Shown here in pieces: positions 35,870-44,064 of a DNA stretch of 64,000 nucleotides. Below the pieces are notes generated by a model. That model was not told where the DNA came from and did not search any database. It saw only the letters and a list, made by a program, of their open reading frames with translations. The stretch lies in contig DASWNF010000005.1 in the NCBI GenBank assembly GCA_036399335.1, positions 6,069-70,068 of the forward strand, read 5' to 3'. Position numbers and translations under genes: made by a program. The stretch is from Minisyncoccota bacterium (lineage in GTDB: Bacteria; Patescibacteriota; Minisyncoccia; Phycocordibacterales; Phycocordibacteraceae). Each line of letters begins with the position of its first letter. Within the stretch, counting starts at the first letter, position 1.

Positions 35870-37273
35870 CTAATCCTTTTTCTTCTTCACTACCTGCAGC
35901 GCCAGCTCGTCGAGCTGCTTTTCTTCGAGCGGCTTAGGCGCGCGCATGACCGACGTCTGACCGCCGCGCGTCATCGGGAATGCCTGGACCTCGCGGAGGT
36001 AGCTCTCTCCGGTGAGGTTCATGATATTGCGCTCCACGCCAAGGGCGATGCCGCCATGAGGAGGCGTGCCGAGCTTAAAGGCCTCGAGCATGTGCCCGAC
36101 GCGCTCGCGCATCTCTTCCTGGGCAAAGCCCATGATCTTATAGGTCGCCTCGAGGATCTCCGGCTTATGTGCCCGAATGGAACCGCCGCCTGATTCGTAG
36201 CCGTTACAGACGAGGTCGTACTGGGTCGTAAGGATGTCCTCGATGTGCTCGCCCTTCATAAGCCAGTCGAGGTGCTCGGGGATAGGCATGGAGAAGGGGT
36301 TGTGGGTAAAGGTCCACGTACCCTCATCCGTCTTTTCGAAGAAGGGGAAATTAACCACCCACGCATAGGCGAGGACGCCCGCCGCCTTTTCCTCCTCGGT
36401 GCGGAGGTCGAACTTGTCCGCGCCGTGGGTTTCCATGGCGTCCTTATAGGAAACGCGGGGGAAAGGCTTCTGCTTAATGGTAAAGCCCATAGCCTCTACG
36501 GTTTCCGTTACCATGGCCTCAACCGTCTGCATCACGTCCTCCATTTCTACAAAGGACATCTCGATGTCTATCTGCGTGTGCTCAAAGCCGCGGTCGGCCC
36601 GCAAGTCCTCGTCGCGGAGTGCGCGCGCCGTCTGGAAGTAGCGCTCGAAGCCAGCTGTCATGAGGAGCTGCTTGTATTGCTGCGGCGATTGCGGGAGCGC
36701 GTAGAAGTTCCCTGGGTTGTGCCGTGAAGGGACGACGAAGTCGCGCGATCCCTCGGGCGTTGACTCGGTGAGGAGCGGGGTCTCAATTTCCGCGAAGCCC
36801 TGGGCAAACAGGAACTCCCGGCACCGTCGCACGAATTCGCTCCGGGTGCGCATGTTCTTTTGCATGCGCGCGGAACGCAGATCGAGGTAGCGATACTTGA
36901 GGCGAACGCTCTCATCGATGCCGCTCGTATCTTCCCCAATTTCAAAGGGGAGCGGTTCGGATGCGTTCAGTACCTCGATGCCCTTGATCTCGAGCTCGAT
37001 GTCGCCGTTCTGCTTCCCTTCCTGCACATTCCGCTCAGGGCGCTTGTTTACGATACCGGTGATTGATACGACGTATTCGTTACGCACCTCCTTCGCGATT
37101 TCCATGAGCACTTCGTCGCCTGGGAGCACGACACCCTGGACGGTGCCCGTCCGGTCGCGGAAGTCGAAGAAGACGAGCTTCCCCTGGTCGCGGCGCACAT
37201 CGACCCATCCTTTTATCGTGACGGTCTCGCCTGCGTGCTCGCCCAGTTCCCCTATAAGTATGCGTGTATCCAT
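35870..37273 (-). CDS. aspS: aspartate--tRNA ligase, short (archaeal/eukaryote-like) type lacking the bacterial GAD insertion
   Basis: 467 aa; OB anticodon-binding N-domain, class-II motifs (FRDEDLRADR, GGGSIRAHKPE, GTPPHGGIALGVERNIMNL). Confidence 0.85.
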   Translation of the reverse strand: MDTRILIGELGEHAGETVTIKGWVDVRRDQGKLVFFDFRDRTGTVQGVVLPGDEVLMEIAKEVRNEYVVSITGIVNKRPERNVQEGKQNGDIELEIKGIEVLNASEPLPFEIGEDTSGIDESVRLKYRYLDLRSARMQKNMRTRSEFVRRCREFLFAQGFAEIETPLLTESTPEGSRDFVVPSRHNPGNFYALPQSPQQYKQLLMTAGFERYFQTARALRDEDLRADRGFEHTQIDIEMSFVEMEDVMQTVEAMVTETVEAMGFTIKQKPFPRVSYKDAMETHGADKFDLRTEEEKAAGVLAYAWVVNFPFFEKTDEGTWTFTHNPFSMPIPEHLDWLMKGEHIEDILTTQYDLVCNGYESGGGSIRAHKPEILEATYKIMGFAQEEMRERVGHMLEAFKLGTPPHGGIALGVERNIMNLTGESYLREVQAFPMTRGGQTSVMRAPKPLEEKQLDELALQVVKKKKD

Positions 37274-37306
37274 TGCGTATAAAATAGCACGGGCCGTCCT
37301 GGGGTG

Positions 37307-37555
37307 TCAGGACGGCCCGTTGTTGTCGAGGTCGTGAGTCAGGAGCTCTGCCATGTCGTGGCCGCCAAGCGTACCCGGGGATTCCTTGCGGATCCGGGTG
37401 CGAGGCGGCGTCTTTGGCAGCAGGGTCTCCGCAGGCTCCCCTTCGTAATTGACGATAAAGGTACTCGGCTTGTCGGGATGGGGTATGGTGGCGATGCACG
37501 TGATCTTGAGCCCACGCGTTTTTTCGACCCAGTCATCTGCAGTAAATACGGCCAT
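37307..37555 (-). CDS. small hypothetical protein
   Basis: 82 aa from MAVFTADDW; AGGAGG SD 7 nt upstream on - strand. Confidence 0.45.
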   Translation of the reverse strand: MAVFTADDWVEKTRGLKITCIATIPHPDKPSTFIVNYEGEPAETLLPKTPPRTRIRKESPGTLGGHDMAELLTHDLDNNGPS

Positions 37556-37625
37556 CTCTCTATCCTCCTCTGGAAAGAGGTATACCTGCCAAGTCGCCCC
37601 CTGGCAAGTCGTGCTAAGTAATAAG

Positions 37626-38636
37626 CTAGCGTACACCCACGGCCTTACGTACGGCCTCCATCTTGATGCCCGCACGCTCGCGCGCAACTACGGCGCTCCG
37701 CTCCAGGACTTCGGCGACGTCGGCGTCGGTGAGGCTCTCGTACTTCTCGCGGAGCGGCGTGAAGTAGACGTCGAGGTCTTCGATAAGTGCTTCCTTGAGC
37801 GCCTTGTACTTCCCTTCGTGCTCGCGGTAGAGCGCGTCGAGCGACGCCTCGTCCTTAATGAGCTTGTGTATGGCGTATACGTTCTCCGGGCGGCCGCCTC
37901 CCGAATCGGTGACGATGCCCATGACGGCCTTGGCGACGGCGTCGCGGGATGCAAAAAGCGGCACGGTGTTCCCGTAGCTCTTACTCATCTTCGCGCCGTC
38001 GGTGCCGGGAACGATGCCTACGGCCGGAAGGATGAGCTCCTTCGGTTTCTTAAAGAGCTCCCCGTACGCCTTATTAAACTTTGTCGCTGCCTCGCGCGCG
38101 TATTCGACGTGCTGGCGCTGGTCCTCGCCGACGGGCACGACGTCGGTGTCGTAGAGGAGGATGTCCGCAGCCATGAGCATCGGATATGTAAAGAGTCCGG
38201 CGTTCGCCTCAAGCCCTTTTGCTACCTTGTCCTTGTAGGCGTGCGCCTGCTGGAGGAACGGCACCGTAACGACGCAGTCAAAGACCCACGCGAGTTCCGT
38301 GTGCTCGGGGACGTCTGACTGGCGGAAAATGGTCGCCTTTTCAGGGTCGACGCCGGCGGCAATATAACTTTTTACGATCTCGGTAACGTTCCTCCGCAGC
38401 TCGTCCGGGTTCCTGAGGGAGGTCAGGGAGTGGTAGTCAGCCACCATGATGAAGCTTTCGTTCCCTGCGCCCAGTTCCCGTTGTGCATCGACAAACGGCT
38501 TAAGCGCGCCGAAGTAATTGCCTATATGGAGATCCCCGGATGGCTGGAGACCGGTCAGGATGGTTTGCTTTTCGCTCATGAGGGTACGATAGCACATCCG
38601 TTGGTGCAATAAGAAAGCCGCCGACTCGTGAATCAC
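37626..38636 (-). CDS. trpS: tryptophan--tRNA ligase
   Basis: 336 aa; TGLQPSGDLHIGNYFGA (HIGH-type), KMSKS present. Confidence 0.92.
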   Translation of the reverse strand: MIHESAAFLLHQRMCYRTLMSEKQTILTGLQPSGDLHIGNYFGALKPFVDAQRELGAGNESFIMVADYHSLTSLRNPDELRRNVTEIVKSYIAAGVDPEKATIFRQSDVPEHTELAWVFDCVVTVPFLQQAHAYKDKVAKGLEANAGLFTYPMLMAADILLYDTDVVPVGEDQRQHVEYAREAATKFNKAYGELFKKPKELILPAVGIVPGTDGAKMSKSYGNTVPLFASRDAVAKAVMGIVTDSGGGRPENVYAIHKLIKDEASLDALYREHEGKYKALKEALIEDLDVYFTPLREKYESLTDADVAEVLERSAVVARERAGIKMEAVRKAVGVR

Positions 38637-38676
38637 GAGCCGACGGCCAGTGCAGGCATAGCCTGCTTTTAGCCCG

Positions 38677-39135
38677 TTACGGGAGACGGATGCCGGTGAC
38701 CCGGTACGGTTTCCCTTGGGCGGTTATCTCGTCGTCGACGCCCTTGCCGAGGAAGGCGCGGGCGAAAGATGCGAGGTAGCTGTATTTCGGCGGTGAGGCC
38801 GGGGTGTCGCCTTCGTCCATGCCGACGATCTGGAACGCAAACGACCTCCCGGTTTCGACATCCTCCGCGTCGACGATATGGCCCAGGCGGATCTCGTCGC
38901 ATTGCGTGGGGAGGGGGCAGATCGAACAGCTGCCGAGAATCTGTTCCACCCGGTGCAGCCGGTGGCGCAGGCGCTGCTCCTCCTCGTCGCGCGCCGCTTG
39001 TTCGGCGCTGTACGGGGCCCCGCCGCGCGACGTACGCTCGCTCGCCGCAGCCCGGTTGTGCGCGCGCAGGGCCGCTGCGATCGTCGTTTGCTCATCCTTG
39101 AAATTCTTCCAGCCATCAGCAGTAACGTAAGGCAT
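38677..39135 (-). CDS. greA: transcription elongation factor GreA family
   Basis: 152 aa; N-terminal coiled-coil with acidic tip (DEEEQ), C-terminal FKBP-like block LASFARAFLGKGVDDEITAQGKPYRVTGI. Confidence 0.7.
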   Translation of the reverse strand: MPYVTADGWKNFKDEQTTIAAALRAHNRAAASERTSRGGAPYSAEQAARDEEEQRLRHRLHRVEQILGSCSICPLPTQCDEIRLGHIVDAEDVETGRSFAFQIVGMDEGDTPASPPKYSYLASFARAFLGKGVDDEITAQGKPYRVTGIRLP

Positions 39136-39228
39136 CTTAAGTCCTTCCTAGCGTGTACAACCCATCTTTATGGGTGTCTAGATAGTACAACTTAAATATC
39201 TTTAAGCAAGCCTGTGGAAAAGCCTTTT

Positions 39229-40233
39229 CTAGACGAACACGGGTTCGGGTTCGAGCGTAATGCCGAAACGCTCGCGCACCATGCCTTGGATGTCTGAAAT
39301 CAACTCGGCCAGCTCTTCGTACGTCGCCTCGCCGTTATTAACGACTACGAGCGCATTCTGGGGGTACAGTGATAGGTTCCCGAAAGACTTCCCTTTTAAC
39401 CCAAGGAGGTCGATAAGCCAGCCCGCGCCCACCTTATATGTCCCGTCTGGAAGCCCGAAAACCACCGGCTTCTCAAATTCGCTTATGAATCGCTCCGCGA
39501 CCGAGGCGGGCACGATGGGGTTTTTGAAGAAGGAGCCCACGGAGGCGAGGTCCCGGGGGTCCGGGAGCTTCGTTTTCCGTATGTCGATAATGGCCGTGCG
39601 GATGTCACGGAGCGTGGGGCTTCCTATGCCCTGCTTCTCGAAATATGCCTTCACGCCCGGATAGTCGGGGACGGTAGGAGTCTCTTTTGAAAGCCTAAGT
39701 GTTACGTGCGTGATAACGTATCGGGCATCGTGTTTGAATATGCTGTCGCGGTATGAAAAGCCGCACTCCTCTCTTGTGAGCCGGTGCACGGAGCCGGTTT
39801 CGTGCTCGTATACTTCGACGTTTTCCAGGACATCGGCAATTTCCGTACCGTAGGCACCGACATTCTGTATCGGCGTCGCCCCGGTACGACCCGGGATAGC
39901 CGAAAGCGACTCTATGCCTGAGAAGCTCGCGATAACCGCACGCGCAACGACCGAGTCCCACTCCTCTCCGGCACCGATGCGCGCTCGGCCGTCGTCGCCA
40001 AGCTCGAACCCCGGTATGCGCAGGTCGAGCACTACTCCCTCATACCGTTCGGGCATGGTGAATATCGTATTCGAACCCCCACCGAGCACGACGAACGGAA
40101 GCCCCTTTTCGCGGATGAAGGCGAAGGCCTTTGGCAGGTCTTCGACGGCGCCTATCTCGATGAGATACTGTGCCACCGGCCCCATGCGGAAGGTCGTGCG
40201 GGGGGCGAGGGGGATATCCTCCTGTACGTTCAT
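39229..40233 (-). CDS. murB: UDP-N-acetylenolpyruvoylglucosamine reductase MurB
   Basis: 334 aa from MNVQEDIPLAPRTTFRMGPVA; FAD-binding domain; the upstream half of track ORF 39229..41355 is antisense of murA and rejected. Confidence 0.88.
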   Translation of the reverse strand: MNVQEDIPLAPRTTFRMGPVAQYLIEIGAVEDLPKAFAFIREKGLPFVVLGGGSNTIFTMPERYEGVVLDLRIPGFELGDDGRARIGAGEEWDSVVARAVIASFSGIESLSAIPGRTGATPIQNVGAYGTEIADVLENVEVYEHETGSVHRLTREECGFSYRDSIFKHDARYVITHVTLRLSKETPTVPDYPGVKAYFEKQGIGSPTLRDIRTAIIDIRKTKLPDPRDLASVGSFFKNPIVPASVAERFISEFEKPVVFGLPDGTYKVGAGWLIDLLGLKGKSFGNLSLYPQNALVVVNNGEATYEELAELISDIQGMVRERFGITLEPEPVFV

Positions 40234-40247
40234 ATCATATATGATAT
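40232..40247. promoter_or_regulatory. 16-bp perfect palindrome ATATCATATATGATAT in the murB/murA divergent spacer (candidate HTH operator)
   Basis: self-complementary 16-mer overlapping murB start codon, 5-11 bp from the murA start; only AT-rich element in a GC-rich neighbourhood. Confidence 0.5.
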
Positions 40248-40251
40248 ACCT

Positions 40252-41772
40252 GTGGGCATGACTAAAACAAGCGAGCAGTCGAAGATCGGCTTCTTCATCC
40301 GGAAGCTCCGTGAAGAGAAAGGAATGACCCAGAAGGCCTTTGCCGAGGCCTTGGCGACGTCCCAGAGCGCCGTCGCTCGCATGGAGAGCGGTCGCCAGAA
40401 CCTCACCCTGGGCGAGCTTGGGAAAATCAGCGAAGTACTTGAGCGCCGCCTCATCAACCTCCAGGAGTCGATAGACTTCCGCATTACGGGCGGACGCAAG
40501 CTGAAGGGCGCCATCACCATGAACGGCTCGAAGAACGGCGCCGTAAACATGATCTGCGCTTCCTTGCTGAATCGCGGCAAGACCGTCCTCCAGGGCATCC
40601 CGCGCATTGAGGAGGTATACCGGTACATCGAGCTCGTCGAGAGCCTCGGCGTCTCGGTCAAGTGGACCTCTCCCGATACGCTCGAAATACAGCCGCCGGC
40701 GAAGCTCGACTTTGCGAACATCGACGCCGACGTTGCCGCGCGTACCCGGTCCTTTACCTTCATCGGCGCACTCATCCACTGGAAGATGCCGTTCCGTCTT
40801 CCCCATTCGGGCGGGTGCAAGATGGGTGAGCGCACCATTTCCGCGCACCGCCACGGTCTTGAGAAGTTCGGCGTATCCATAAAGACTCGTGAGCACTATT
40901 ACGACATTAAGGCCGGCAAACTCACTCCTGCGGAAATCATCCTCTACGAGTCGAGCGATACGGGCGCGATCAACGTGCTCCTTGCCGCAGCCCGCACGCC
41001 CGGCGTCTCGCGCATAAAGTTTGCCCCGCCGAACTACCAGGTACAGGACGTCTGCTTCCTGCTTGAGAAGATGGGCGTGAAGATTGAAGGCATCGGTTCG
41101 ACGACGCTTACCGTCCACGGCGTGAAGGATATTAACGAAACCGTCGAGCACTACAACAGCGAAGACCCGATTGAGGCGATGTTCTTCCTCGCCGCAGCCA
41201 TCGTCACCGAATCGAAGCTGACGATAAAGCGTGTGTCGATTGACTTCATCGAGCTTGAGCTTGAGAAGCTCCGCCTGATGGGGCTTAAGTTCGAGCTCGG
41301 GAAGCGGTACCTCTCGCGGAACGGCCGTACGACGCTCACCGACCTCATCATCCACCCGTCCGAGCTGAAGGCGCTACCGGATAAGCTCCATACCCAGCCG
41401 TTTCCGGGGCTTCAGAACGACAACCTTCCCTTCTTCGTCCCTATTGCGACCACCGCCACGGGTTCGTCCCTTATCCATGACTGGACGTGGGAGAACCGCG
41501 CCATTTACTTCACCGAACTCAATCGCATGGGCGCAAAGGTCACCCTGCTCGACCCACATCGCGCGCTCGTAGAAGGGCCGACCAAGCTCAAAGCCGCACA
41601 GATCGTCTGTCCGCCGGCACTTCGTCCGTCTGCGATTATCCTTATCGCCATGCTCGGTGCCGAAGGCACGTCCACCCTTCGGAACGTATACTCCATCCAG
41701 CGCGGGTATGCAGAAGTCGCCGAACGCCTCAATGCCCTCGGGGCCAAGGTGGAAGTGATACGGAATATGTAG
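40252..41772 (+). CDS. murA: UDP-N-acetylglucosamine 1-carboxyvinyltransferase MurA with N-terminal XRE (Cro/C1) helix-turn-helix domain
   Basis: 506 aa single ORF (GTG 40252 or ATG 40258). First about 65 aa: KIGFFIRKLREEKGMTQKAFAEALATSQSAVARMESGRQNLTLGELGKISEVL (HTH_XRE). Rest is full MurA: GSKNGAV (Lys22), HSGGCKMGERT (Cys115 loop), RGYAEVAERLNALGA C-terminus. Confidence 0.9.
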   Translation: MGMTKTSEQSKIGFFIRKLREEKGMTQKAFAEALATSQSAVARMESGRQNLTLGELGKISEVLERRLINLQESIDFRITGGRKLKGAITMNGSKNGAVNMICASLLNRGKTVLQGIPRIEEVYRYIELVESLGVSVKWTSPDTLEIQPPAKLDFANIDADVAARTRSFTFIGALIHWKMPFRLPHSGGCKMGERTISAHRHGLEKFGVSIKTREHYYDIKAGKLTPAEIILYESSDTGAINVLLAAARTPGVSRIKFAPPNYQVQDVCFLLEKMGVKIEGIGSTTLTVHGVKDINETVEHYNSEDPIEAMFFLAAAIVTESKLTIKRVSIDFIELELEKLRLMGLKFELGKRYLSRNGRTTLTDLIIHPSELKALPDKLHTQPFPGLQNDNLPFFVPIATTATGSSLIHDWTWENRAIYFTELNRMGAKVTLLDPHRALVEGPTKLKAAQIVCPPALRPSAIILIAMLGAEGTSTLRNVYSIQRGYAEVAERLNALGAKVEVIRNM

Positions 41773-41779
41773 GAAATGG

Positions 41780-41803
41780 AAAAGGCCCCGTAGGGGCCTT
41801 TTC
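41780..41803. terminator. bidirectional terminator AAAAGGCCCC-GTA-GGGGCCTTTT
   Basis: perfect GC stem with A/T flanks between murA(+) and tRNA-Tyr(-). Confidence 0.7.
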
Positions 41804-41806
41804 CAT

Positions 41807-41892
41807 TGGTGCGCCGGGCAGGATTCGAACCTGCGTAGGATAAATCCGCTTGGTTTACAGCCAAGTGCAATTGACCACTCTGCCACCGACGC
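41807..41892 (-). tRNA. tRNA-Tyr (anticodon GUA), class II with long variable arm, CCA encoded
   Basis: reverse complement reads GCGTCGG TG GCAG AGTGGTCAATTGC ACTTGG CTGTAAA CCAAG CGGATTTATCCTACG CAGG TTCGAAT CCTGC CCGGCGC A CCA; acceptor 7 bp (one G-U), anticodon loop CUGUAAA, T-loop TTCGAAT. Confidence 0.85.
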
Positions 41893-41935
41893 GAGTACTC
41901 GCCAGTATAGCAACTCAGCGCCTAGAGTTCCAGGA

Positions 41936-43006
41936 GTGATAGAATGGGCGAAATCCATGACCGGACTCGCTTTTACCCCTAGTCGGCACGTGTCCGCTCT
42001 CGCCGCTCTTCTACTACTTGCCGCCCTTGCCGGAGGCGTGAAGCTGGCAACGGTCGGGACGACGCCGAACAGTGACTACGACAGTTACATCGCGACAGCG
42101 CAGCTTTTTTCTGGGCTTCCTGCATCCGAGCACCCTGAACGGATACTGAAGCCACTTGCGCCGCTGGCTGTTGCCCTCGTTGCGCCCGTCCTCGGGTTCC
42201 CCCAGGGGTTCGTCTTCGTCGCCTTCGTGTTTTACCTTGCCTTTGCCGCTGCGCTCTATGCGCTCGGCTGGGCATTCTTTAGGGACAGGTTTGCCGCTGT
42301 GTGCGTCGCCTTGCTCGGGGCGCTTTCTTACCCGCTCCTGCGCTATGGCGTTGACCTTTATACGGAGACCGGGGCGCTCTTTCTTTTCGTGCTCTCGCTG
42401 TACCTGCTCTTACACTACGCCAAGGAGCCGAGCGCGCGGCTCGTCATGGCGAATGCGTCCGTCATCGGGATAGCGTTGTTGTGGAAGGAGTACAGCGTCG
42501 TCGCCGGCCTGGCCTTCGGTCTCTTGCTCTTGTTTGAGCGGAATGCATGGAAGATAAAGATTGGACGGCTTACGCTTCTCGCCTTGTTCTCAATTGCGCC
42601 TACCCTCCTCGTGCAGGTGTGGGTCTACCTGACGTACGGGTACACGTACCTCGATTGGTACGTGTCCGGCGGCGCTTCCGGCTTTGCGACTGAGTTCACG
42701 CTTACGAACCTCGTTAAGAGCACGGCGGCGCTGCTTGGCGTTGCCTGGCTTTTCGTACCGCTTGGGCTTCACCGCTTTGCTTCATTACCCCAGCCTTCGC
42801 GGGCATTCCTGTTTTCTGTCATTCCCGCAACCATGGCATGCTTTGCCTGGGGCTACGTATCAAGCCGCCTGTTCTACGTGATGGCGCCGGCGTTCCTGCT
42901 CCTTGCCGTACTCGGCCTTTCCCGCCTCCCGCGCGGACTACAGTATGCGGGGCTAGGTGTGTCCCTTGCTGCTAACATCATCTGGCTGTACGTCGCTACC
43001 TCATGA
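41936..43006 (+). CDS. polytopic membrane protein, putative GT-C-type glycosyltransferase
   Basis: 356 aa, about 10 TM helices, aromatic/Gly-rich loops; translationally coupled to downstream polyprenol-phosphate sugar synthase-like gene. Confidence 0.45.
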   Translation: MIEWAKSMTGLAFTPSRHVSALAALLLLAALAGGVKLATVGTTPNSDYDSYIATAQLFSGLPASEHPERILKPLAPLAVALVAPVLGFPQGFVFVAFVFYLAFAAALYALGWAFFRDRFAAVCVALLGALSYPLLRYGVDLYTETGALFLFVLSLYLLLHYAKEPSARLVMANASVIGIALLWKEYSVVAGLAFGLLLLFERNAWKIKIGRLTLLALFSIAPTLLVQVWVYLTYGYTYLDWYVSGGASGFATEFTLTNLVKSTAALLGVAWLFVPLGLHRFASLPQPSRAFLFSVIPATMACFAWGYVSSRLFYVMAPAFLLLAVLGLSRLPRGLQYAGLGVSLAANIIWLYVATS

Positions 43007-44064
43007 AGCTCTCGGTAATCATTCCCTGCTATAACGAGTCCGCGCACCTCAAGGAGGTCCTTGTGCGTACGTATGCCGTTACCCTGCCTCCCGGCTGGAG
43101 CCTTGAGGTAGTCGTTGTTGATGACGGCAGCGACCAAGAGACGAAGGACGCCGTTGCTGTTGCCCTCAACGCCCACCCCGACCTCGTGCACGTCGAGCGC
43201 GAACTGAATGGCGGAAAGGGTGCGGCGCTTAAGTCTGGCTTTGGGGCGGCCACGGGCGACTACCTCGTAATCCTCGATGCTGACCCGGAGTACGACCCGA
43301 ACGACATCCCGAGGCTTCTTGCTCCCGTCATCGAAGGGCCTGCGCGCGTCGTCTTCGGCGTGCGCGACCTAAAGGACAACAACGCCCCCGGACGCTTCCG
43401 CTACTACTGGGGTGGACGCCTCATGAACGGCCTCTTCAACGTGGCTTTCGGGACCCGGCTCTCCGATATCACCGTCTGCCTGAAGTTATTCCCGCACGCC
43501 CTCGTGCCGGAGCTTGTCGTGCAGCCTTCGGACGACTTCGTCTTCGATGCCATAGAGCTCACGCGTGTGCTTGCGCGCGAGCCGTTCACTGAAGTCCCCG
43601 TATCCTACGCCCCCCGCACCGCACTTGAAGGCAAGAAATTGAAGGCAAGCCACGGTATACGCATGGCCATGCGCATCATAGAGCTGCGGCTCGGGCGGAT
43701 GGCGCGCATCGCCCGGTTCCTCATCGTCGGGAGCACGGCGGCAGCCATTAACCTTTCCATACTTGTCCTCCTGACCGAGGGTATCGGCGTCTGGTACCTC
43801 CTCTCCGAAGGGATCGCTTTTTTGGTTGCGCTTTCCTTTAACTTCTTTTGCCAGCGCCTCTGGGTTTTCAGGAACCGCGAAAAGAACCGCATGCGACAGG
43901 CGGGCACCTTCCTTACCGTTAACCTCGTGAACCTCGCACTTAACGTCGGCCTCCTTTATATATTCGTCGAGTACTTCGGGCTCTGGTACGTCGTCGGCCA
44001 GGTGCTTGCCTCCGTCATTATTGCCATAGAGAGCTACGTCGTATACCGCACCATCTTCCGTTAA
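43003..44064 (+). CDS. GT2 glycosyltransferase (polyprenol-phosphate sugar synthase-like) fused to C-terminal GtrA-like 4-TM domain
   Basis: 353 aa; MKLSVIIPCYNE...VVVVDDGSDQ...ILDADPEYDP (DxD) then GtrA-like RFLIVGSTAAAINLSILVLLTEGIGVWYLLSEG... Confidence 0.85.
   Translation: MKLSVIIPCYNESAHLKEVLVRTYAVTLPPGWSLEVVVVDDGSDQETKDAVAVALNAHPDLVHVERELNGGKGAALKSGFGAATGDYLVILDADPEYDPNDIPRLLAPVIEGPARVVFGVRDLKDNNAPGRFRYYWGGRLMNGLFNVAFGTRLSDITVCLKLFPHALVPELVVQPSDDFVFDAIELTRVLAREPFTEVPVSYAPRTALEGKKLKASHGIRMAMRIIELRLGRMARIARFLIVGSTAAAINLSILVLLTEGIGVWYLLSEGIAFLVALSFNFFCQRLWVFRNREKNRMRQAGTFLTVNLVNLALNVGLLYIFVEYFGLWYVVGQVLASVIIAIESYVVYRTIFR

Noticed and set aside
37449-38318. 289-aa + strand ORF
   Set aside because: Antisense to trpS.
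39229-41355. Track ORF of 708 aa on the minus strand
   Set aside because: Only the C-terminal 334 aa (39229..40233) are MurB. The N-terminal half overlaps and is antisense to the murA gene and reads as R/L/E-rich junk.
41374-41958. 194-aa minus-strand ORF
   Set aside because: Overlaps the tRNA-Tyr gene and the murA terminator; no coding signal.
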